Of a DNA stretch of 64,000 nt, positions 50,578 through 60,927 are shown one piece after another (position 1 is the first letter of the stretch; every line of letters starts with the position of its first letter). Source of the DNA: an uncultured candidate division Zixibacteria bacterium (GTDB lineage Bacteria; Zixibacteria; MSB-5A5; RBG-16-43-9); assembly GCA_963713865.1 (NCBI GenBank), contig OY970208.1:672001-736000 (forward strand). Direction: 5' to 3'. The notes beneath the pieces were generated by a model. The model was not told the DNA's origin. It did not search any database and saw only the letters and a program-made list of their open reading frames with translations. Both the position numbers and the translations under genes were made by a program.

Positions 50578-51002
50578 TGAGGAAGCTAATTGGAGAAATC
50601 TATAGAGAAAAAGTCCTGTCTTTGCCTAAAAGGTCGTTGCGTAAGGTGGAGCTGGAATATTCTCCTGAGAATTTAAGGATAGAGAAAGACCTTTTCGGCT
50701 GGAAACTATTCTATACAAGATATGGACGGAAAGCTGAATATTTTTTAGAATGCCGTTCAGAAGAAGAGGCTCGTTTTTTGAAGGTATTTTTTGAGTTAGG
50801 GCTAAAGGATATACGCGTTCCCAAAGATGAGGAATATTTGAAAAACATTCTACCAGAGCTTGAGAAAGAAAAGAACAGAACAGATGAAATCCTCAATTCT
50901 TATCTCGAAACCATATTGAATCGTCACGCCAGAGAACAGCTTAAACATGAGGTCTATATGGAAGTTCTCGAGAGGGATTCATCTTCAGTTTCTAAGAAAT
51001 GA
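50574..51002 (+). CDS. Hypothetical protein coupled to the IIG gene
   Basis: 142-aa ORF overlapping the IIG stop codon. Confidence 0.7.
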   Translation: MMRKLIGEIYREKVLSLPKRSLRKVELEYSPENLRIEKDLFGWKLFYTRYGRKAEYFLECRSEEEARFLKVFFELGLKDIRVPKDEEYLKNILPELEKEKNRTDEILNSYLETILNRHAREQLKHEVYMEVLERDSSSVSKK

Positions 51003-51198
51003 AGGATACCAAAATAAAGCTAAATCGTCATATTGCCACTCCTGTGACAACGAAAATCCTATCGTCCTCACAGGAGTGAGAATGTTACATTGATAACTCC
51101 AGTGGTAATGATTACTCGTCCTCATCCTAGAAACGGAGACTACGTCTGGCGGAGCCACCGTAGTACAGGTGTGAGGACGCTACCGGGGAAAATATAGT

Positions 51199-52359
51199 AT
51201 GGGAAACATTACCCAGATACTTTTCAGTTTATTTTTGATCTTTGCCTCAGCCAAGCTTCTGGGAGAGGTCTTCGAGAGATTCAAGCAATCTGCGGTTATT
51301 GGGGAGATCTTAGCCGGGGTTATCCTGGGACCACAGGTTCTAAACCTGATTGGCACCTCGGAGATTTTTCCAGTTTTAGCGGAGATAGGTGTTATAATCC
51401 TTCTTTTCACGATAGGGCTTCAAACCAAAACAGAAGAGATAATGAAGGTTGGGACAACCTCTCTTTTAGTGGCGGTTTTGGGTGTTATCTTCCCTTTTAT
51501 CTTCGGTTATCTTTATACCCTGATCATAGATCATACTACAATTGAAGCGATGTTCATCGGTGCGGCTATGGTGGCTACCAGTGTAGGGATAACTGCCAGG
51601 GTTTTTGCGGATTTGGGAATTGTTGAGACCAGAGCTGCCAGAGTTATCTTAGGTGCAGCAGTTATAGATGATGTCATCGGATTGATAGTACTTGCAGTTG
51701 TTACCGGCTTGGGAAAAGGGACTTTATCTCTGGTAAAAATAGGTCTGATCATGCTGGAGGCAGTCGGATTTATAATCTTTTTGATAATAGTCGGTAGAAG
51801 GTTAATTCATCGTATGGTTCCGAGAGTGGCATCATTCAGGACGAAAGATGCAGTCTTATCCGCAGCTATTATTCTATGTCTTTTCCTCTCCGTAGTCTCC
51901 AGTTACATAGATTTAGCAGCAATCGTTGGTGCGTTTTTAGCCGGGATGGTTCTTTCCGAGTTAAACTTAGAGTATAATCTATCCATCAAAACCGAATCTT
52001 TGTATAATTTTTTAGTCCCCTTCTTCTTCGTAATCCTGGGTTCCTGGATCGATCTCTCTATTTTCTCTCAGCCTACTCTTTTATGGGCAGCTCTGATAAT
52101 TACTCTTTTTGCTATTTTAGGGAAGCTTTTAGGGTGTGGACTGGGTGCACTTAATCTGGGTAAAAAAGAGGCTTTAATGGTGGGGTTTGGAATGGTTCCG
52201 AGGGGCGAAGTGGGGATGATAATTGCCTCGATCGGTTTGAGTATGAAAGCTATAACCTCGGACCTTTACACGGTGATTATATTTATGGTGATGGCAACCA
52301 CCTTTATTACCCCTCCGATATTGAGGAGATTGGTAATAAAAGAAAGAGGTGAGACGTAA
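51199..52359 (+). CDS. Cation:proton antiporter (CPA2)
   Basis: GEILAGVILGP, LF.IGL, ATSVGIT, AAVIDD, GAFLAG, GMVPRGEV. Confidence 0.93.
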   Translation: MGNITQILFSLFLIFASAKLLGEVFERFKQSAVIGEILAGVILGPQVLNLIGTSEIFPVLAEIGVIILLFTIGLQTKTEEIMKVGTTSLLVAVLGVIFPFIFGYLYTLIIDHTTIEAMFIGAAMVATSVGITARVFADLGIVETRAARVILGAAVIDDVIGLIVLAVVTGLGKGTLSLVKIGLIMLEAVGFIIFLIIVGRRLIHRMVPRVASFRTKDAVLSAAIILCLFLSVVSSYIDLAAIVGAFLAGMVLSELNLEYNLSIKTESLYNFLVPFFFVILGSWIDLSIFSQPTLLWAALIITLFAILGKLLGCGLGALNLGKKEALMVGFGMVPRGEVGMIIASIGLSMKAITSDLYTVIIFMVMATTFITPPILRRLVIKERGET

Positions 52360-52469
52360 GACGGGAGACGATAGAAGATAGCGTTGCCTCTTCTAAGGCA
52401 ACGGATGATTTCAAATTCCCCTCCCTTGATGGGAGGGGTAAGGGGAGGGTGACCCCTCTCCCGCAAGCG

Positions 52470-52535
52470 CCGATAAAAGCTTGACGGTTCTAAGGGCTAC
52501 CCCGCCTAGCGGCGGAGGTTACGCTTCTCGTAGAG
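52470..52535 (+). repeat. 27-bp micro-element copy 4, itself interrupted
   Basis: CCGATAAAAGCTTGACGG-[~39 nt containing CCGCCTAGCGGCGG]-CTCGTAGAG. Confidence 0.75.
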
Positions 52536-52613
52536 AGGGGACCTGGAATACAGGAAAGGGACGTTACAGCATCGAATGTGGATAAAATATATGTAAGGTG
52601 ATCAGGTTTAGTT

Positions 52614-53612
52614 ATGGAAGCAGAAAAAAAACTCAAAATAGCTTTAGGTGCCCTTCTGATTGTGATTCTAATTGGCACTCTGGGATATAGTTTAATAGAA
52701 AGATGGAGTATCTTAGATTCGCTTTATATGTCGGTTATAACCATTGCTACTGTAGGGTATAAAGAGGTATGTCCGCTCTCGTTTACCGGCAAGGTCTTCA
52801 CTATCTTTTATATAATCTTCGGGGTGGGGACCACCCTTTATGCAGTAGGAGCGGGAGCGCAATTGATGTTAGAAGGGCAGATCAGGAATATCTTAGGGAG
52901 GAGAAAGATGAGCAAGAAAATAGAGGAGTTAAAAGACCATTACATAATCTGCGGATACGGAAAGGTGGGACAGCAGATCTACAATGAATTATCTTTAAGG
53001 CAAATCCTCTGCACGGTGGTGGAAAAAGATTTACAGACAGTGGAGAATGCTATTAAAGACGGGGTTCTGGTAATTCAGGGAGATTCAACCGAGGATTCTG
53101 TCTTAGAGGAAGCAGGGATAAAGAGAGCCAGGGGGCTGATCTCAGCAGTAGCATCCGAGGCGGATAACGTTTACATTTCACTTTCGGCCAGAGTACTTAA
53201 TCCAAAAATATTAATTGTAGCCCGGGCTGAAACAGAGGGGGCTGAAAAAAAGCTTTTAAGGGCTGGTGCAAATAGAGCAATTTCCCCGCATACCTTAGGA
53301 GGAAGCAGGATGGCTATGGCGGCTTTGAGACCTCATGTGGTTGATTTTATGTCTGTTGCCACTTCCTCCGAAGGAATGGATATCAGGATAGAGGAGTTAG
53401 AGGTAAAGGAGGGAAGCTCTATCTCAAATTCAACTTTGAGGGATTGCGAGATAAGGCAGAAGGTAGGAACGATTGTGTTAGCCATCCATAAAAAGGATGG
53501 GAAGATGCTTTCAGCCCCTTCCTCAGATTCTAAAATAGAGCCAGGGGATATTCTGATCGCCATTGGTAAAAGAGATGAATTGGAGAAGTTGGAAAAGCTG
53601 GTTAGCAGTTAA
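52614..53612 (+). CDS. Potassium channel protein with RCK domains (MthK-like)
   Basis: Two TMs with TVGY pore, HYIICGYGKVG RCK-N, C-terminal RCK-C. Confidence 0.92.
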   Translation: MEAEKKLKIALGALLIVILIGTLGYSLIERWSILDSLYMSVITIATVGYKEVCPLSFTGKVFTIFYIIFGVGTTLYAVGAGAQLMLEGQIRNILGRRKMSKKIEELKDHYIICGYGKVGQQIYNELSLRQILCTVVEKDLQTVENAIKDGVLVIQGDSTEDSVLEEAGIKRARGLISAVASEADNVYISLSARVLNPKILIVARAETEGAEKKLLRAGANRAISPHTLGGSRMAMAALRPHVVDFMSVATSSEGMDIRIEELEVKEGSSISNSTLRDCEIRQKVGTIVLAIHKKDGKMLSAPSSDSKIEPGDILIAIGKRDELEKLEKLVSS

Positions 53613-53635
53613 ACTTGGAGTGCAAAAAATAAACT

Positions 53636-54637
53636 ATGCCAGAGATAAGACAGAATCGAGCTACCAAGGAGTGGGTTATCATAGCCACGGAAAGGGCTAA
53701 AAGACCGGATGATTTTAGGCCTGAGGAAGAGAAGAAAATCCTTCCAGCTTTTGATAAGGATTGCCCTTTCTGCCCGGGAAATGAAGATAAAACTCCTTCA
53801 GAGATTTTCTCCTACAGAAAGCCAGGAACAAAAAAAGATGGAACCGGCTGGTGGGTCAGGATTACCCCGAATAAATTCCCGGCTCTGACTTCCGAAGTGG
53901 AACTTTCCAGGATCACTGAAGGGTTTTTCCGCAGGATGGAAGGTTATGGCAGGCACGAGGTTATAATCGAATCACCGGAGCATAATCTTTCCCTGGGTAA
54001 TATGAGCTTGAAACAGGTGGAGGAAGTCTGTTTGGTTTACCGGCAAAGATATATCGAGCTTTCTGCCGAGAAGAATATCAAGATAATTATTATCTTCAGA
54101 AATCATGGAGAAGCGGCTGGTACCTCCCTTTTACACCCTCATTCACAGTTAATCGCCTTGCCCCTGGTTCCTACCCATATCCGGCATCTTTTAGAGGAGG
54201 CGATGAGATATTATGATGACCACGGCGTTTGCGTTTTCTGCGATATGATAAAAGAAGAGTTAGAGTTCAAAAAAAGGGTGATTCTGGAAACAGAATCTTT
54301 TGTAGCTTTCCAGCCCTTTGCCTCCAAGGTTCCTTTTGAGACTTGGGTAGTTCCTAAAAAACATAATGCCGGCTTCAGCAATGTATCGACAGATGAAACC
54401 AAAGGTTTGGCTTTTGTCCTCAGAGAAATCTTAGGGAGACTCCATTCAAAATTATCTGATCCGGATTACAATTTAGTCCTGCACACTGCACCGATAAAAG
54501 ATTCGAATGAGGACTATTATCACTGGTATATTCAAATCCTTCCACGTCTCACTACACCGGCTGGATTTGAGTTAGGCTCAGGAGTATATATAAATACCAT
54601 CCTGCCGGAGGAAACCACGAAATTCATTTCCAGTTAA
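53636..54637 (+). CDS. galT: Galactose-1-phosphate uridylyltransferase
   Basis: RAKRP, CPFCPGNE, NKFPAL, HPHSQ, HW...I.PR. Confidence 0.93.
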   Translation: MPEIRQNRATKEWVIIATERAKRPDDFRPEEEKKILPAFDKDCPFCPGNEDKTPSEIFSYRKPGTKKDGTGWWVRITPNKFPALTSEVELSRITEGFFRRMEGYGRHEVIIESPEHNLSLGNMSLKQVEEVCLVYRQRYIELSAEKNIKIIIIFRNHGEAAGTSLLHPHSQLIALPLVPTHIRHLLEEAMRYYDDHGVCVFCDMIKEELEFKKRVILETESFVAFQPFASKVPFETWVVPKKHNAGFSNVSTDETKGLAFVLREILGRLHSKLSDPDYNLVLHTAPIKDSNEDYYHWYIQILPRLTTPAGFELGSGVYINTILPEETTKFISS

Positions 54638-54744
54638 AAGGAGTTTTATGCCAGCCTCGTAGGTCAGGTGCCCTGAGCACCTGATAGGAATAATATCAGG
54701 AGCACAAGGCTACTGACCTACAAAACTGATCTCAGGTTATTCTT

Positions 54745-55431
54745 ATGAAGGTTTTAGTTATCCAGAACTGTAAAACAGAAGGTATTGGATTATATGAAGA
54801 GTATTTCAAGGAAAAAGAGATAGATTATTATGTTTTCCCTGCTTACACTGGGATAAGATTTCCCCCGATGAAACAATTCGATGCGTTTATTGTCGCTGGA
54901 ACTCCGATTTCTGCTTACGAGATTCACAAACATCGTTTCTTAAAGAATGAGTGGAGATATTTGAAAAAGGTCATTAAATTAAATAAACCTTATCTGGGTA
55001 TCTGTTTTGGAGCTCAATTACTGGCTCGACTGCTTGGGGCAAGAGTGAGAAGAAATCCGGTAATGGAGATTGGAGGATATGAGGTGAAGCTTACCTCCGA
55101 TGGTGAAAAGAATAGATTTTTCAAAGGATTTCCGAACAGGTTTCCTGTATTCCACTGGCACGGTGATACATTCGACCTACCCAAAAAAGCTGAATTGCTG
55201 GTTCAGGGAGTTGACTGTAAAAACCAGGCATTCAGCTATAAGAAAGCAGTTGCTTTACAGTTTCATCTTGAGGTTACTTCCAGAGAAGCCAGTATCTGGG
55301 CAGATAAATACAGGAATGAGCTGAAAAGAGTTAATAATACCAAAAAACAAGTGGTCCAAGAAGCTCAAACCAGAGAAAAGAAGATGAAAAAGTTTGCCTT
55401 TTTGTTATTGGATAATTTTCTTAAGAGATGA
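54745..55431 (+). CDS. Type 1 glutamine amidotransferase
   Basis: LGICFGAQ, FHWHGDTF, QFHLE. Confidence 0.9.
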   Translation: MKVLVIQNCKTEGIGLYEEYFKEKEIDYYVFPAYTGIRFPPMKQFDAFIVAGTPISAYEIHKHRFLKNEWRYLKKVIKLNKPYLGICFGAQLLARLLGARVRRNPVMEIGGYEVKLTSDGEKNRFFKGFPNRFPVFHWHGDTFDLPKKAELLVQGVDCKNQAFSYKKAVALQFHLEVTSREASIWADKYRNELKRVNNTKKQVVQEAQTREKKMKKFAFLLLDNFLKR

Positions 55432-55521
55432 TGGTTGGTCTCCAGATTTAGGGATATATCCGAACTGGTTCGGTGACAACCAAATTAGCCGAAATTGACT
55501 GGATGCCCAGGAGGAAGTAAA

Positions 55522-56313
55522 GTGTTAGAAGGTAAATCTAATGATATTGAAAGAATTAGAACTCGATGGAACGAACGCGCGGAAAGCTATGATGAATACT
55601 ATAAGAATTTCAGGGGTGCGGTTGAGCATTATGTAGAATGGGAGTTACTGAAGAAGTATCTGCCGAAAAACAAAAATGTAAAAATCTTAGATGCGGCTGG
55701 AGGAACAGGAAGGATTACACTACCTTTAGCAAAAATGGGATATTCAGTTACTTTATGTGACATATCCCCTAAGATGCTGGAGGTGGCTAAGCAAAAAATG
55801 CTCAAAGAAAAGGTGTCGGATAAAGTGACCATCTTAGAATGCAACGTGTATAATATGCCTTTTCCTGATGAGAGCTTTGACTTTGTTCTCTGCTATGGTG
55901 GAGGGATAAAGGCTGTAAAAGAGCTGGTAAGGGTTACAAAGAAGAAAGGAAAAATTTCGATGTGCATAGCGAATAGGTGTGGAACTGCGATTAATAAGTT
56001 TCGTGAATACCCCGAGCATGCTCTTGCATTGCTAACATCGAAATCGAATTATGACTGCTATGAAGATGAGAAATACAGGGTTTTCAGCGAAAAAGAGGCC
56101 AGGGAGCTCCTTGATAAGAAAGGATTCAGGATTGTTGCGATCTATGCCTGCGATATATGGGACTCGCTCTCCATCCCCAAAAGAATTCTTGAGTCTTGCG
56201 ATTGGGATAAAAACTTCTTCAGGCAGACAACAGAGGTAATATTAAGATTGGCTAAAGAGCCAGCCGTTAGAGGGATTTCAAAGCACTGGGTTCTATATGG
56301 GGAGAGAATTTAG
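55522..56313 (+). CDS. Class I SAM-dependent methyltransferase (cassette 1)
   Basis: ILDAAGGTG, DIS..ML, PFPDESFD; GTG 55522 after AGGAGG. Confidence 0.88.
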   Translation: MLEGKSNDIERIRTRWNERAESYDEYYKNFRGAVEHYVEWELLKKYLPKNKNVKILDAAGGTGRITLPLAKMGYSVTLCDISPKMLEVAKQKMLKEKVSDKVTILECNVYNMPFPDESFDFVLCYGGGIKAVKELVRVTKKKGKISMCIANRCGTAINKFREYPEHALALLTSKSNYDCYEDEKYRVFSEKEARELLDKKGFRIVAIYACDIWDSLSIPKRILESCDWDKNFFRQTTEVILRLAKEPAVRGISKHWVLYGERI

Positions 56314-56365
56314 AATGGGAAAGCCACATATGACGGCCACATCTCAAAAATTTAGTGAGCCAACA

Positions 56366-56460
56366 TCGCCTAGCAGAGCGTGTCTGGCTCTGTGCCTTCG
56401 GCACTCCGTCCAAATCCAGCTGTACGGCTGGATTTCAGATACGCTCGGAACGTTAGGCGA
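56366..56460 (+). other. attC-like recombination site
   Basis: TCGCCTAGC...GTTAGGCGA outer arms, GAGCGTGTCTG/CAGATACGCTC inner arms, two internal hairpins. Confidence 0.8.
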
Positions 56461-56480
56461 AACAGCAGAGGTGATAAATT

Positions 56481-57230
56481 ATGAGCATCTATGAAAAATT
56501 CGCATACTTCTATGTAAAAGGACCATACCCTCAATATACCGAGAGAATGGCAGAATTACTTCACCCTGTGCTTACGCGATTTGGTGCAGAACCACGGACG
56601 ATTTTAGATCTAGCCTGCGGAGAAGGGACATTCGCTGTGGTAATGGCAAAGAAAGGATTTCAAGTGATGGGTGTTGATCTATCTCCACAGATGCTACAAT
56701 TTGCCCGAGAACGGGCTGAAAAGGAGAATGTAAATGTAGAGTTTCTCCTTCATGACATGCGATCCCTGCCCTTTGAAGGGAGATTCGATCTTGTGACTTG
56801 CTGGTATGATAGTTTGAATTACCTCCTGGAGTTAGAGGATTTGGAAAAGACTTTTGCAGGTGTGTGGCTGACACTGAAGAAAACAGGACTTTTCATTTTT
56901 GATATGAACACTATTTACGGGTTGGCTGTTAACTGGCAACGGTATCCCTGCAATGTTCAACAAGATACTCCCCAGTTGTTTGAGCTCCACCGTTCAAGCT
57001 ATGACTTTGAGAAAAATATAGTTACTCTAAGAATTGCGGGATTTGTGAAGGAAGAGAGGGGATGGACCCGGATGGACGAAGAACATAAGGAGCGTGGATA
57101 TTCCCTGGAGGAGATAAAACAATGTTTAAAGAAATCCGGCTTGAAGGAACTCGCATGCTGGGGGAGTTTGCAAGAAATGAGCGAACCTCAGCCAAACAAC
57201 GGGCGCGTATGGTTCGTGACGCAGAAATAG
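56481..57230 (+). CDS. Class I SAM-dependent methyltransferase (cassette 2)
   Basis: ILDLACGEG, VDLS..ML, DSLNYL, GLFIFD, H.ER.Y. Confidence 0.92.
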   Translation: MSIYEKFAYFYVKGPYPQYTERMAELLHPVLTRFGAEPRTILDLACGEGTFAVVMAKKGFQVMGVDLSPQMLQFARERAEKENVNVEFLLHDMRSLPFEGRFDLVTCWYDSLNYLLELEDLEKTFAGVWLTLKKTGLFIFDMNTIYGLAVNWQRYPCNVQQDTPQLFELHRSSYDFEKNIVTLRIAGFVKEERGWTRMDEEHKERGYSLEEIKQCLKKSGLKELACWGSLQEMSEPQPNNGRVWFVTQK

Positions 57231-57246
57231 ATGTAATTCTGCCGCA

Positions 57247-57343
57247 TCGTCTAACACAGCATATACCCTTCGGGCTTACGCCCGTGCCCTTTGGGACATT
57301 GCTCCCTTCGGCCGCAACGTCGTATATCCCGGGAACATTGCAC
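57247..57343 (+). other. Degenerate attC-like site
   Basis: R'' GTCTAAC 57249-57255, ATATAC/GTATAT inner arms, R' position reads ATTGCAC. Confidence 0.65.
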
Positions 57344-57368
57344 TGAGTAACAAAAAGGAGGTAGCAAG

Positions 57369-57971
57369 ATGAGTGAAGAAAAGAAAATTCTGCTTAAGAA
57401 GATACGAAAATGGTTGATTTTGTTTATATTTATTGCTTTCATTGGAACAACCTCAAGGATTCTATCGGGACAATCTGATACAGGAGGTAGCAAATTGACT
57501 GAAGATGAAAAGTTTACAGAACAAGAATGTCACAAGAAGTTCGCAGTTAGCTTGAATAACCTGGTCTGGAGCTTATTGGGGAAAAAGGATAGAACCGGAC
57601 AGGAAAATGAGACAATGATTCATGCGGCCCATGCTTCCTGTTTTCACTGGGGCAAGGTTGGAACCGCGGTGAATTTACAAAGAGGCGAATGGCTGATTTC
57701 TCACGTATATGCAGTTCTAAACAGGGCTGAACCAGCACTCTATCACGCTGAGAAATGTATAGAGATCACCCAAGAGAATAATCTGGTTGACTTTGATTTT
57801 GCCTATGCTTACGAGGCGATGGCAAGAGCGTATGCTGTTGCCGGGGAAAAATCCGAGTGCGGCAAATACATTAAGTTAGCCAAAGAGGCCGGGGAGAAAA
57901 TAAAAGCCAAGGAGGACCGGGACATTTTCTTAAATGATTTTGAAACGGGTCCCTGGTATGATATGAAGTAG
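57369..57971 (+). CDS. Hypothetical helical protein (cassette 3)
   Basis: 200 aa; HAAHAS.FHW..VG..N..RGEW.IS.VY..L; AGGAGG RBS. Confidence 0.8.
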   Translation: MSEEKKILLKKIRKWLILFIFIAFIGTTSRILSGQSDTGGSKLTEDEKFTEQECHKKFAVSLNNLVWSLLGKKDRTGQENETMIHAAHASCFHWGKVGTAVNLQRGEWLISHVYAVLNRAEPALYHAEKCIEITQENNLVDFDFAYAYEAMARAYAVAGEKSECGKYIKLAKEAGEKIKAKEDRDIFLNDFETGPWYDMK

Positions 57972-57981
57972 GGTCTGTTAC

Positions 57982-58065
57982 TTCGCAAAACAAAGGCTTT
58001 GCCCCTCCGTTACATTTTACCCAAACCGCCTGAACTCTTCGCAAAACCCGGGGAGGTTGGGCAAA
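57982..58065 (+). other. Degenerate attC-like site
   Basis: TTCGCAAAAC...GGCTTTGC/GCAAAACC...GTTGGGC (56-62 = R' consensus, 58056-58062). Confidence 0.6.
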
Positions 58066-58090
58066 ACGATACCTTCCGAGAGGAGGTGGA

Positions 58091-59062
58091 ATGCTGAACA
58101 ACCTGATTGACAAACTGCTCAAATCAGATGAGCCATCGATCCGATTCAAAATTCTGGTGAATGTTCTCGGCAAAGAATTAGAATCCACTGAAATCAAAAA
58201 ACTGCAACAGGAGATAAAATCTTCTCCCCGGGTGAGAGCGCTTTTATCGGAAAGAGGCAGGAATGGGAAAATACCGTTTCACCCTTATCGCAAATGGTAT
58301 GGTGCTCATTGGATTCTGGCAACTCTGGCAGATATCGGCTATCCTGCTGGTGACAAATCACTCATCCCCTTAAGGGAACAGGTCTATGACTGGCTCTTTT
58401 CAAAGGATGAGGAGAAAAACATAAAAACCATACGCGGCCGGGTGAGAAGATGCGCCTCACTCGAAGGAAATGCGCTTCACTACCTGCTCTCGCTCGATCT
58501 GGCAGATACTAAAATTGAGCGGCTGGTGGAGCGCTTGGTTAGGTGGCAGTGGTCCGATGGCGGATGGAATTGCGACAAGAACCCGAAAGCCGTAAATTCG
58601 TCTTTCATGGAAAGCCTTATTCCTCTTCGAGCACTGGCTCTTTATGGAAAGCTAACCGGTTGCCGGGATGCTAAAAGGGCGGCAAGGAATGCTGCTGAGA
58701 TTTTCCTCAAAAGAAAAATGTTTAAAATTAAGCCGAGAAGAAGATGGAGCAAAGAGGACTTCCTAAAGCTTCATTATCCCTGTTACTGGCATTATGATAT
58801 CCTGTTTGGTCTGAAGGTTATGGCAGAGTCAGGTTTTATCGGCGATGAACGGTGCGGTGATGCTCTGGAGTTACTGGAATCAAAATGGCTGCCCGACGGT
58901 GGGTTTCCAGCGGAGGAGAAATATTATCAAGTTATGCAAAAAGGTAAAATAACGAGCGGGCGCTCGTTGGTCGACTGGGGAGGAACAAGCAAGACCTGTA
59001 TGAATGAATTCGTAACGGCAGATGCTTTATACGTATTTAAGAAATCAGGACGATTGATATGA
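58091..59062 (+). CDS. Hypothetical protein, terpenoid cyclase/prenyltransferase-like repeats (cassette 4)
   Basis: QWSDGGWNC, LHYP.YWHYDIL.GL, PDGGF. Confidence 0.7.
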   Translation: MLNNLIDKLLKSDEPSIRFKILVNVLGKELESTEIKKLQQEIKSSPRVRALLSERGRNGKIPFHPYRKWYGAHWILATLADIGYPAGDKSLIPLREQVYDWLFSKDEEKNIKTIRGRVRRCASLEGNALHYLLSLDLADTKIERLVERLVRWQWSDGGWNCDKNPKAVNSSFMESLIPLRALALYGKLTGCRDAKRAARNAAEIFLKRKMFKIKPRRRWSKEDFLKLHYPCYWHYDILFGLKVMAESGFIGDERCGDALELLESKWLPDGGFPAEEKYYQVMQKGKITSGRSLVDWGGTSKTCMNEFVTADALYVFKKSGRLI

Positions 59063-59265
59063 TACGGAGATTGTCGTTAGCTCCCCGCGAGAGGAGGGAG
59101 GAGAAGATCCCCTCTCCCCTTGTGGGAGAGGGTTAGGGAGAGGGGAAAATAAAAATGATATCACCCTCCCTTAGTCCCTCCCATCAAGGGAAGGAGAGAA
59201 CTTTTAGGTTCACACATAGGCGATCCGCCTTTGGCAAATCAGCCCATCCAAAAAATGGAGGATTT

Positions 59266-59748
59266 ATGGAAACCAAAATCTATAAGTTGAAAGTTCCTGA
59301 AGGAATAAATGTTATCTTAGGGCAGACGCATTTCATTAAAACGGCTGAGGATTTGTATGAAGTTTTAGTAAGCTCTGTCCCGCAGATAAAATTCGGGCTT
59401 GCCTTCTGTGAGGCTTCGGGTCCCTGTCTGGTTCGCTCTGAAGGCAATGATGAGGAACTAAAAAAACTGGCTGAAACTTCTGCTTTTGAGATCGGAGCAG
59501 GTCACAGTTTTATCATCTATCTCAAAAACGTCTTTCCTATAAATATTTTGAATGCGGTGAAGAACTGTCCTGAGGTCTGCAATATATTCTGCGCTACTGC
59601 CAACCCGGTGGAAGTCATAATTGCAGAGACTGAGCTGGGAAGAGGTGTTTTAGGTGTGATAGATGGCTTTAAGCCTAAGGGGATTGAAAAGGAAGAGGAT
59701 AAAAAACACAGAAAGGAGTTCCTGCGTAAGATCGGCTACAAGTTATGA
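59266..59748 (+). CDS. Adenosine-specific kinase family (DUF355) protein
   Basis: [45 protein letters not shown] 59266 after GGAGG. Confidence 0.9.
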   Translation: METKIYKLKVPEGINVILGQTHFIKTAEDLYEVLVSSVPQIKFGLAFCEASGPCLVRSEGNDEELKKLAETSAFEIGAGHSFIIYLKNVFPINILNAVKNCPEVCNIFCATANPVEVIIAETELGRGVLGVIDGFKPKGIEKEEDKKHRKEFLRKIGYKL

Positions 59749-60743
59749 TCGAATATAAAAACGGAATACATATCCAGGATACCCTTTTCTGGCTGGATGC
59801 CCGGAAGAAAACCGATTTCTCCTTTATCTCCCACGCCCATATTGACCACATTGCCCGGCATAAGGAGATTCTGGCAACGGCGGAGACTAAGGCTTTATAT
59901 GAGCATCGCCTGGGTAAGATTAAAGCTATTACTTTGGGGTATCATATCCCTAAAAGAGTTAAAGGGGTTAAAGTTGAGCTTTTTCCATCCGGGCATATAC
60001 TCGGCTCTGCCCAGATTCTGCTTGATTTAGCCGGGACAAAGATAATCTATACGGGTGATTTTAAATTAAGAAAATCTTTGACTGCTAAAAGAGGAGAGAT
60101 CAAGAAATGTGATATCCTGATTATGGAATCAACCTTTGGACTTCCAAAGTATATCTTCCCACCAGTTGAGGAGATTTATAAGAAGATTATAGACTTTGTG
60201 GAAAAAACTTTAAATCAGAAAAAAGTACCGGTGATATTAGCTTATTCTCTGGGCAAAGCTCAGGAAGCAATAAAGCTCTTAGGGGATAAAGGTTTTAAAT
60301 TAAGTTTGCAGGGAGCGGTTTTCAATCTGGTCGAAATATACGAGGAGTTCGGGGTGAAGTTTAAAAATTACGAAAAATATGAATCTGAAAACCTTAAAGA
60401 TAAAGTCCTGATTACCCCTCCTCACACCCGGAAATTCAAAATGGTGCAAGAGATACCCCAAAAAAAGATTGCTTTTTTAACGGGCTGGGGAATAGATAAT
60501 GGAGCCAAATATTCCTATGGTGTGGACGAGGTTTTTCCTTTATCCGACCATGCGGATTTTAAAGAGCTTCTGGAATATGCAAAAGAATCCAACCCTCAGA
60601 AAATCTATGTAGTTCACGGTTTTAAGGAATTTGTGGAACATTTAAAAAAATTGGGCTTTGATGCGGAAGAATTAAATGAGGGGACAAAATTCGACAGAAA
60701 GTTGAGTAAGGAGATTTTGTTGAATTATGATTTGTTTAGATAA
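59745..60743 (+). CDS. MBL-fold beta-CASP-like nuclease
   Basis: [40 protein letters not shown]. Confidence 0.88.
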   Translation: MIEYKNGIHIQDTLFWLDARKKTDFSFISHAHIDHIARHKEILATAETKALYEHRLGKIKAITLGYHIPKRVKGVKVELFPSGHILGSAQILLDLAGTKIIYTGDFKLRKSLTAKRGEIKKCDILIMESTFGLPKYIFPPVEEIYKKIIDFVEKTLNQKKVPVILAYSLGKAQEAIKLLGDKGFKLSLQGAVFNLVEIYEEFGVKFKNYEKYESENLKDKVLITPPHTRKFKMVQEIPQKKIAFLTGWGIDNGAKYSYGVDEVFPLSDHADFKELLEYAKESNPQKIYVVHGFKEFVEHLKKLGFDAEELNEGTKFDRKLSKEILLNYDLFR

Positions 60744-60927
60744 AATTAAATAGCAAAAAGGTATCAGGAGGTAACTCCTGATACCACAATTAAAATTCTA
60801 TATGCCTGTCGTTCACTTCTGGAGGACTAACCCGATGTAAAAAGTAAAGCTAAAAGCTTTACACTCCAGGTCATTTAATTAGTGGACAGCACAATGTCCT
60901 GTCCCTACAATTTTTTCCAGAGACTAC

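Noticed and set aside
55432-55483. Hairpin after the glutamine amidotransferase gene as a further attC
   Set aside because: No RYYYAAC/GTTRRRY arrangement in the right order.
56297-56494. 65-aa ORF between the two methyltransferases
   Set aside because: Reads through the attC-like site; no protein features.
59155-59265. N-terminal extension of the DUF355 ORF (similar extensions at 19745-19846, 12113-12145 and 46998-47099)
   Set aside because: Repeat or intergenic DNA in frame by chance; downstream starts fit family boundaries or RBS better.
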